From: an uncultured virus (IMG/VR IMGVR_UViG_3300032116_000047)
Taxonomy: Duplodnaviria; Heunggongvirae; Uroviricota; Caudoviricetes
Direction: 5' to 3' (one strand)
Length of the DNA: 64,000 nucleotides
Virus record (IMG/VR): IMGVR_UViG_3300032116_000047
The stretch's first letter is position 1, and each line of letters begins with the position of its first letter. Positions 58,001 to 64,000 of the stretch are shown one piece after another. A program made the translations under genes and the position numbers. A model generated the notes under the pieces. The model made no database searches. It was given only the letters and a program-made list of their open reading frames with translations, and was not told the origin of the DNA.

Positions 58001-58867
58001 ACAAACCTTACTTATGAAGGAACTGCAAGTGTTATCGCTCTTGATTTTGTTTATTTTCCTTCAGGATCAGAGCCACAAGCAGGTGTATTAACTTATTCAA
58101 GGGTAGTGATTGATAAAAACTTTGCATTATCCACACCATTAGAAGGCGGTTTTGTCTATTACAAACAGGTAGTTCCTATTCCTTACACATTTAGTAGAAC
58201 ATTGGATGGAACATTAAAAGTTGAACAACCCAGTGGATCTTTACAAGTCATGGTTTTTGATAATGAGAACATTAAAATTCCAAGAAGAAGATATTCAACT
58301 ATTGAATTTGATATTGTAGATATCGACATGAATGAACAATACTTTGATATAAATCCGATTTATTTATTTAATTTTACTAATTTTATGAAAGACGATCAGA
58401 CGGCTTCAAATACTCATGCCTTTCCATCAGGAGTTTCAACTATAAACTATAAAAAGACCGGTAGAGTAAAACAAAGAGAATATTTTTATAATAGATTTGG
58501 ATTAGATATAGGTATATTAAATTATGCTTCGCTTCCGGGAACTGCTTCTCTAACTACTCCACTAAGTTTAGTTAAGGGCACTACAGTTGAATTTGATAAT
58601 ATTAAGTTTTATGAAACTGATATGATACCATTCTTTCAATATACAACCGAAGAATATGTTAATAAAGGAGTACAAGTTCCTTTTTCAGGTTTAGCTCCTT
58701 TCATAGATTACACTGATGAAAATTTCTCATTTGTTGAAAATATTGTCATAAGTCTTGATAGTGTTCAATTAAATGAAACAAATACTACAGTTTCTGGTGT
58801 TTCTTCAACCGGATTTTTCAATTCTACTACAACTAGTGCTCAAAGCAGTAATCAATCAGGTGGTTAA
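55100..58867 (+). CDS. Large virion protein with WxNGxW/F repeats
   Basis: 1255 aa; GIWENGVWNNGW; late-type promoter. Confidence 0.65.
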   Translation: MSWLSQSTLLGTGVGVITPHWRFISLMSLPPGQTDFINSSGIQRDEKEKTKNSYLRQMSSPGQGIKYSSNKTYIFKTKVVNFNSGSQSSFTSLATNGFAGSFGGSTLVTYVQPYKKLELTTPWNSIIKYEGYTASGIVYSSVGGGGKNILISNPTIQWKKMADTLPYQYTNTDSDKSCTLQYVTSPPQNYNIPVKFTYKATHLGFGFPSVITESDVIEIDWKIQGWAFATSTQHDFYEGWSYNEITKSFKYIHASKNFNSQTTLQKVKYPFGTTHIGGSRIGNPDNYIGFTGSNYISRYLDYEKFNFYFTFDSNNSLGYVDIYTSDTLPNNSKDTTKFYNGTNNLNGLNKKNFITRIQKDITNPNPLDVKLWGLTGQRYLIIVANYTNTNISYQINITNISIEGSYSEEDNNVQRLFTNTNQYVSPTTLSVIGTSPDSLYSLTTTTDITRHQLTTPGGFAFIGATGDPGFFNSLIGTVSNLSLIESKVGNGTFRAGIWENGVWNNGWRVDTTYEEFDDVSIAINLDTKNIRWRIQITGTTQSASSFDLGDKVSIGNIVAVDINDKRKLFKNYFTVVSRGTNSLTLETENNFPLRRIQRDSENHKIRVAKNVWLNGAFLNGYFEGVWNNGLFKGYPLITEMYDSHWIDGEFDGGHFSGQKLEWTFTDTYYIDGYVGLTFGATAHGFVLNDVIEIDKFDKTVNPQYDGEYVVTDVINKTLIKTSREWGGNTPAGSEGGIVRRKTKTGLIQNFKFKDNNIAKYNEKTLTNGNPDYVFSSSDKLLIWNYNSWIDVTYSTYSTTNIGKNRVLFNPIPNSPEDIFNSKYGLGEFTAMNLYGYITDDVLSSESFFRDIDSQVRRKYNLGTKYDIYEDYIGEGSDFNDPFSTDINQSGLSNFYADGWTFSITGPNVLRTLKWEFIDNSFYTGGKIGFIGPAVEIVDVDPPNNWGNDHIIQIGQQIFITQSAVPNPTNLTYEGTASVIALDFVYFPSGSEPQAGVLTYSRVVIDKNFALSTPLEGGFVYYKQVVPIPYTFSRTLDGTLKVEQPSGSLQVMVFDNENIKIPRRRYSTIEFDIVDIDMNEQYFDINPIYLFNFTNFMKDDQTASNTHAFPSGVSTINYKKTGRVKQREYFYNRFGLDIGILNYASLPGTASLTTPLSLVKGTTVEFDNIKFYETDMIPFFQYTTEEYVNKGVQVPFSGLAPFIDYTDENFSFVENIVISLDSVQLNETNTTVSGVSSTGFFNSTTTSAQSSNQSGG

Positions 58868-59575
58868 TTTGATTAGAAGATATCCTGATTTCCCAACTTC
58901 TCTTTTTGAGTGATGACCCATGGCTTCTAATTTAAGTTCGTCGGATTCTAATTTGATATTTGTTAGTTTTTGTTTTCCAAGTATTCTTTTTTCACCATTA
59001 CAGGATTTACACAATGTTAATCCAACTTTACCTGCTCCTTGGCAAAAATAACAACCATTGCCGGTGTAATCTTTACCGGTTCCTTCACAAAAATCGCATC
59101 CATCATCTGAGTCAAAAGTCTTAACTATATTACCGTCGTTATCTTTTATTACAATTTTAGATGATAAGTCTTTACCTGTACCAGAACATGTTTTACATTT
59201 AACCCATCTTTGATATTCTAAATTACCGTCAAATGAATCATCTACAGTAATTTTTATATTTAAGACTTCATCATCTTTAAATTTTTTTAAGCGAGACTCG
59301 GATTTTTTATGGTCGTAATCAATATTGATATCAAAAAGCTCATAATACTCATTGTAGTTAGCTCCGAATTTACTTTTTAGATCGTATTCTTTTCTAAGTT
59401 CTGAACAAAGTACATCGTAAGCCTCTGTTATAGAATTGAATTTAGTAATATCAACTTCTTTGTTTCTATCAGGATGATATTCAAATGATAATTTATAGTA
59501 AGACTTTTTAATGGTTTTTTCATCAGCATCACCTGAAACTGATAAAATTTTATAGTAATCTTTATTTAGATTCAT
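58856..59575 (-). CDS. DnaJ-family co-chaperone (J-domain and Zn finger)
   Basis: DYYKIL...HPD; four CxxCxGxx motifs. Confidence 0.9.
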   Translation of the reverse strand: MNLNKDYYKILSVSGDADEKTIKKSYYKLSFEYHPDRNKEVDITKFNSITEAYDVLCSELRKEYDLKSKFGANYNEYYELFDINIDYDHKKSESRLKKFKDDEVLNIKITVDDSFDGNLEYQRWVKCKTCSGTGKDLSSKIVIKDNDGNIVKTFDSDDGCDFCEGTGKDYTGNGCYFCQGAGKVGLTLCKSCNGEKRILGKQKLTNIKLESDELKLEAMGHHSKREVGKSGYLLIKLTT

Positions 59576-60185
59576 AGTTTTCTTCTTCTTCTGAGCACCA
59601 GGAGTCTATCCAACCACCTGGTTTTAGATTTTTTTTAAATTTATTTGTTAATAGTTTCATTTCATCGAAAGCGATATCATCAATTGAAGACCATATGTCA
59701 AAATAAATTGCGTCATACATTTTATCAGTATCGAAACTAAAAGCATCTTCTGTATAAATTGATAGTTTTATTTTTGTATCTTGATTAATTAGTATAGGAT
59801 ACACCTCATCAATTAAACCCATATCTATTTCAACAACATCAATAGTATTAATATCGGAGTCATTCAATAATGGATGAATAATTAATCCAATTCCTAATCC
59901 AAAAATCAACACATCTCCTTTAGCAGAGTCTAAAAACTTTTGATTAGTCATCATTTCAAACTCGTGATTCGACATCATAGTTTTTTCTAACAACCTATCA
60001 TAAAGAATAGTATATTCTTTTCCAATAACAAATGATGATAAATATCTTTCTTTTCTATACTCAGACCAGTTACATTTTACATATTCTAAATCTTCATATT
60101 TAAAAATTGATTTACCAATCATATACCTATCAGTCATAATTGGATAAGGAAAAAAATTATTTATATCTAAAAATTTTTTAATCAT
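59562..60185 (-). CDS. Spermidine-synthase-like SAM-dependent methyltransferase
   Basis: VLIFGLGIG, VVEID, DAF, YDAIYFDIW, LKPGG. Confidence 0.8.
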   Translation of the reverse strand: MIKKFLDINNFFPYPIMTDRYMIGKSIFKYEDLEYVKCNWSEYRKERYLSSFVIGKEYTILYDRLLEKTMMSNHEFEMMTNQKFLDSAKGDVLIFGLGIGLIIHPLLNDSDINTIDVVEIDMGLIDEVYPILINQDTKIKLSIYTEDAFSFDTDKMYDAIYFDIWSSIDDIAFDEMKLLTNKFKKNLKPGGWIDSWCSEEEENYESK

Positions 60186-60369
60186 TAGAATGATATTTCT
60201 TTTGTATATATGCTGCTCTTTTTAACTCATCTCTTCTTCTAACAGACTTCTTTTTAAACTCTTTTTTATCTTTAAGTATTTTCATAGCTTTTGACTTATC
60301 CCATTTCTTTTTCAAAACTTTCAAAGCTCTTTCAATCGGTTGTTTTGCACTTATTTCTACTAATAACAT
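60178..60369 (-). CDS. rpsU: Ribosomal protein bS21
   Basis: IERALKVLKKK...EFKKKSVRRR...AAY. Confidence 0.85.
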   Translation of the reverse strand: MLLVEISAKQPIERALKVLKKKWDKSKAMKILKDKKEFKKKSVRRRDELKRAAYIQKKYHSND

Positions 60370-60393
60370 AATTACTTTATTTTATTTTATTTA

Positions 60394-60690
60394 TTAAATT
60401 CCCAATTCGTTTAATTTAATTTGTCTAAATATATATTTTTTAATTTCAGGAGTTATTTTTTTTGAATATTCTATTCCTAACTTTTTTATAAAATATTCAT
60501 TTAATATTTTCTCTTTAGTATTGCTATCTAATTTTTTATATCCTAAAAAATTAATCAACTTTGACTCATAAACTCTTTCTCTATCACGAGCATCCGCAGC
60601 TTCGGAATACTTTTGATAAAAGATAGCATTTGATTTTGTTTCTTTTGATTCAAGTATTTTAATAATAATTTTTAACTCATCATTACTCAT
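60394..60690 (-). CDS. Hypothetical protein
   Basis: C-terminal RQIKLNELGI. Confidence 0.6.
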   Translation of the reverse strand: MSNDELKIIIKILESKETKSNAIFYQKYSEAADARDRERVYESKLINFLGYKKLDSNTKEKILNEYFIKKLGIEYSKKITPEIKKYIFRQIKLNELGI

Positions 60691-60767
60691 AAAAAACAGA
60701 TATGTTTATTTTTAGTTTCATTATTTATCAATCTTTTTAGAATTAATATACACACAATATCGAAGAC

Positions 60768-62471
60768 TCAATCATTGGAATAATTAATCTCTGTTATAGA
60801 TGAAAATATATTTTTTTCTATTAAAAGTATTCTATCAAACATTTCCTGATTAAGAACAGCATGATGAACAACAAAAATATTTATATTATATTCATTAGCA
60901 AATGATTTTAGAAGTGAAAGAATTTTTTGTATATTATCTAAATCCACACTAGCAAAAACTTCATCAAGAAATAAGATATTTACATGTTTCTTAGTTCTAA
61001 TTAATTTCAGATATGCCGTCAATATACAGATATTTGTCAACTTTTGTTCACCAGTGCTTAAAGTATCATGTTCAATTATAGATCCTAAACTTTTAATTTC
61101 AGCCGTGAATGTTTCATCTAGCTTAACTTCAAAAGGCAACATCATTTTTTTAACATTTTCAGAAATAAAGTGATTTATTGGTTTGATAATTCCCGATATA
61201 ATAGCTTTTTTTACACCGTCTTCTGATAGTATCCTGTTCAACTCTTTGTAGTACATTTCTTTTTCTTTACAAACTGTTGATCCTTCTTGAGATAAAGACT
61301 TCTTATCTTCTAATTCAACAATAGTATTTTGAAATTCTTGAATATTGATTGATTCTTGGCCAGATTCTCTTTGTTTTTTTGATTGAAGTTTTTCTATCTG
61401 TGTTTTGTAGTTCTTTAACAGATAGCTCAAATCATTAAATGTTGTTGTTGTTTTTTCTGAAAGAGTTTTTAATTTGATTTGTTTTTCTTTAATCAGTTTT
61501 ATACTTTCTTCAATTTCTTTAAGAATAGAATTAAATCCTTCTTTTTTTTCTACTAATGTTTGTCTTAATGATATAAAATGGTCAGAATCAAAATCTGTTC
61601 GACAAGTGGGACATTTTCCTGAATCATAAAGGTCAATTTCCCGTTGTACATTTTTGATATCATTTTGTGTATTGATATATTGACGTTTTTCGGTGTCAAG
61701 TTCTTCACTAAGTTCATTTTCTTTTTCTTTAATTTTATTGACTTTTTCTTTAAGAGCATTATAATCATCTTTTTTAGAATTCATATCAGACATCAACTGA
61801 TCAATTTCGGATTGTATATTCTCTTTTTCTTTTTCTATAGCCCTTTCAATCGATTTTTTTATTGATTCAATAGATTCTTCAAGTGTTTTAATTTCAGAAT
61901 CTAAAGAAGCCATTCTTATTTTGTTGTTCTTATTTATATCTTTAAGAATACCATTTAATATATTGATAACTTCTAGATTGAATAGTTTATCAAGAAGTAA
62001 TTGTTTTTCTTCATTGGTAAGAGAGATAAAATTTTTAAAATCATTAATAGACATAGATATAAAAGACTTAAATGTCTCAATATCCATACCAATATATTTT
62101 TCTATCTTTTCATCAATATTTGATTTTCCGGCTCTATCGTTTAGAACACCGTTTTCAACAAGATCTAAAATAGCAGGTCCGATTCCTCTTCGAATTTCAA
62201 CATCAGTTCCTAAAGACTGAAATTTAATACGATTCAACAACTCACCATTTATTCGGTTTGGTAGAGTTGAAAGCTTGTGCCATTTTTTTGTTTTACCTGA
62301 CTTTACTTTACCGTAAAGCGTATATTCAAATGATTCTAAAAGGGATGATTTCCCATTTCCGTTTTTACCAACAAGTAAAACTAATTCACCACTCTCGGTA
62401 TTTAATTTTACAATTTGCTCGTTATTTCCAAAAGATTTATAACCACGAATTCCAATTTCACTAATTAACAT
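60768..62471 (-). CDS. SbcC/Rad50 (T4 gp46-like) recombination ATPase
   Basis: GKNGNGKS Walker A, coiled coil with CPTC zinc hook, LSTGE signature, LFLDE Walker B. Confidence 0.93.
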   Translation of the reverse strand: MLISEIGIRGYKSFGNNEQIVKLNTESGELVLLVGKNGNGKSSLLESFEYTLYGKVKSGKTKKWHKLSTLPNRINGELLNRIKFQSLGTDVEIRRGIGPAILDLVENGVLNDRAGKSNIDEKIEKYIGMDIETFKSFISMSINDFKNFISLTNEEKQLLLDKLFNLEVINILNGILKDINKNNKIRMASLDSEIKTLEESIESIKKSIERAIEKEKENIQSEIDQLMSDMNSKKDDYNALKEKVNKIKEKENELSEELDTEKRQYINTQNDIKNVQREIDLYDSGKCPTCRTDFDSDHFISLRQTLVEKKEGFNSILKEIEESIKLIKEKQIKLKTLSEKTTTTFNDLSYLLKNYKTQIEKLQSKKQRESGQESINIQEFQNTIVELEDKKSLSQEGSTVCKEKEMYYKELNRILSEDGVKKAIISGIIKPINHFISENVKKMMLPFEVKLDETFTAEIKSLGSIIEHDTLSTGEQKLTNICILTAYLKLIRTKKHVNILFLDEVFASVDLDNIQKILSLLKSFANEYNINIFVVHHAVLNQEMFDRILLIEKNIFSSITEINYSND

Positions 62472-62524
62472 TCATAAGTATTATTTTTTACTTATATTAA
62501 AAAAAAGATAATTAGTTATTGATT

Positions 62525-62836
62525 TTATTCATCATTATCAGAATAAATTATTTTGTACTGATTTTCATCAAATCCGTGTAAATTTTCGATTGTTTCATCA
62601 TACGGTGCGACTTTAGAAAGTATCGATAACATTAATTGGTCATATCTTTCCCAATCTTCAATTATACAGTTCAATTTTTTTTCTAACTTTTCTTCTACAG
62701 AAAGAGCAGATCTGTCCTTTTCATAGTAAAAAATAGCTTCATAGAATTCTTCTTGATAATTCAATGATAAGACAACATAAATTCCACCATCTAATTTACC
62801 AATATATTCAATTATATCAAACTGAATTTCGTCCAT
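62525..62836 (-). CDS. Hypothetical protein
   Basis: 103 aa ORF. Confidence 0.6.
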   Translation of the reverse strand: MDEIQFDIIEYIGKLDGGIYVVLSLNYQEEFYEAIFYYEKDRSALSVEEKLEKKLNCIIEDWERYDQLMLSILSKVAPYDETIENLHGFDENQYKIIYSDNDE

Positions 62837-62837
62837 T

Positions 62838-63056
62838 TTAAGATAAAACTTGGTTTATTTTTTCTGTTATAATCTCTTTGAGATATCCAGCGTTATAAAG
62901 TGTATTAAATAAAGAAACTCCAATTCTATCTCTCTGATCCATAAAACTATACATCATGTCCATATAGTATCGATGAATTTGTTCTCTTTCTTTTTCAGAA
63001 GATATTGAATTAACTTTTTCTAAATCTAAGTAGTAATTTTCAAATCTCATAAGCAT
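62838..63056 (-). CDS. Hypothetical protein
   Basis: 72 aa ORF; C-terminal TEKINQVL. Confidence 0.6.
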   Translation of the reverse strand: MLMRFENYYLDLEKVNSISSEKEREQIHRYYMDMMYSFMDQRDRIGVSLFNTLYNAGYLKEIITEKINQVLS

Positions 63057-63329
63057 TTATATTTTATCATTGATTATAAATTCTAACTTTTTGAATTTTT
63101 CATCAGTATCAAAAAAGATAATTTGAATTTTATCAATGTCTTTGATTTCTTGTGCTTTACCCGTTACTTCATTAATCATAACATCTCTTTTATAAAGTAT
63201 ATCAATTCCTGGCTCCTCTCCTAAGAATTTACGCATATCTTCTTTTATAACCGATAACCTCCAATCATCATTTTTAAAATCAATTCTCGAAACATAATCT
63301 CTAATTGACATTTCTTTCATTGAACTCAT
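63057..63329 (-). CDS. Hypothetical protein
   Basis: 90 aa ORF. Confidence 0.6.
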   Translation of the reverse strand: MSSMKEMSIRDYVSRIDFKNDDWRLSVIKEDMRKFLGEEPGIDILYKRDVMINEVTGKAQEIKDIDKIQIIFFDTDEKFKKLEFIINDKI

Positions 63330-63355
63330 ATCATAATTTATTTTTTATTTATATA

Positions 63356-63688
63356 TTAAAAATCGCCTTTGTCTAAAAAATAGGTGTTTTGTTCAGAAAT
63401 TAATTTTAAATTATTGTGAATTGTATTACAGTGTGAGTTAAATTTTTCAATATCTTCTTGAGATAAATTAAACCATTCTCCTTCTACTTTTTTTTCTTTA
63501 TAGATTTTGTGAAGCATAGCTTCTATTTTTGTCCCCCATTCCGATTGAAAAGAATCTACCAAATAGATTTCAGAAGCATTTCCAGTTTTAAATTCTTTGA
63601 TTCTCTTTTCTGGAGTTCTTCTAGTATATCCTATTTTGTGTAATTTTTGACCATTTATCTCAGAACATACTAAATAAATATTAAACAT
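63356..63688 (-). CDS. GIY-YIG superfamily (T5orf172-like) protein
   Basis: IYLV...KIGYT...RIKEFKTGN...IEAMLH...GEWF. Confidence 0.85.
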   Translation of the reverse strand: MFNIYLVCSEINGQKLHKIGYTRRTPEKRIKEFKTGNASEIYLVDSFQSEWGTKIEAMLHKIYKEKKVEGEWFNLSQEDIEKFNSHCNTIHNNLKLISEQNTYFLDKGDF

Positions 63689-63712
63689 AGGGTATATATA
63701 ACCCCATTGATT

Positions 63713-63826
63713 TTACTTACTAAAAATTTTAGCAATTTTTTTCATTCTTATAAATTTCTTAGGTGGATAGTATGTTGAAATATCTACTTCTTTTACATAA
63801 ACACCTGGTGATACATATTTAGTCAT
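63713..63826 (-). CDS. 37-aa micro-protein with a tail-sheath N-terminal motif, not in the ORF track
   Basis: MTKYVSPGVYVKEVDISTYYPPKKFIRMKKIAKIFSK. Confidence 0.6.
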   Translation of the reverse strand: MTKYVSPGVYVKEVDISTYYPPKKFIRMKKIAKIFSK

Positions 63827-64000
63827 TTGATTTCTTTTTATTTTTTTTACCAGCTCTTCTTGTTTTTTTATGAGTTTCTACTTTACTATCACCATATTTA
63901 AAATCTAAATAAAACAATTGATTAGAAGGTGCAGAAAGAGGTTGAAGTCCCTTTTTCATTAGTTCTTTATATCCAGGGTCATCCTCTAACTTCTTTTCAA
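63819..64000 (-). CDS. Partial ORF (5' end outside the window) ending shortly after a major-capsid-like motif
   Basis: ...GLQPLSAPSNQLFYLDFKYGDSKVETHKKTRRAGKKNKKKSND*. Confidence 0.55.
   Translation of the reverse strand, partial: EKKLEDDPGYKELMKKGLQPLSAPSNQLFYLDFKYGDSKVETHKKTRRAGKKNKKKSND

Noticed and set aside
1458..62464. Short antisense or nested ORFs inside long genes (e.g. 1458..1727, 2141..2440, 11247..11627, 28656..29105, 53738..54109, 61921..62220)
   Set aside because: They are shadow frames of well-supported genes with no recognisable motifs.
1..64000. Alternative genetic code
   Set aside because: Long genes are intact in the standard code and end in TAA, TAG or TGA; no CUA or UCA suppressor tRNA was seen.
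1..64000. CRISPR array, tmRNA or rRNA
   Set aside because: I saw no regularly spaced repeats, no tmRNA tRNA-like ends around a tag frame, and no rRNA-like sequence.

Overview
This is a 64 kb AT-rich segment of a very large tailed phage (jumbo/huge phage), in standard genetic code. The host is most likely Bacteroidota: there are TTTG-N19/20-TAnnTTTG promoters, no obvious Shine-Dalgarno motifs, and a phage bS21. The window holds four minus-strand tRNA arrays (about 29 tRNA or tRNA-like genes, none with encoded CCA) and a translation/proteostasis toolkit (SmpB, S1-like, bS21, L7/L12-like, YqeY, nucleotidyltransferase, ClpP, DnaJ, thioredoxin, M16/M28 peptidases). It also holds replication/repair genes (NAD-dependent ligase, Toprim primase-like, SbcC/gp46-like, Dam-like), an ECF-type sigma factor and several very large virion/tail-fibre-like proteins. 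The main finding is that each tRNA array is preceded by an unannotated 23-37 aa leader ORF, then an intrinsic terminator. The early codons of each leader specify almost exactly the amino acids of the tRNAs in that array, and its distal part is complementary to the 5' arm of the terminator. This is the architecture of ribosome-mediated transcription attenuation, here apparently used so that the phage senses shortage of specific charged tRNAs and switches on the matching tRNA array. Secondary findings are micro-proteins carrying isolated terminase, tail-sheath and capsid motifs, a recurrent RxxK[IL]xx[IL] tag, a T4-CTS-like N-terminal signal linked to a TAATATATA promoter, and several structurally aberrant tRNAs. 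All product calls come from motif recognition by eye; no database searches were run.
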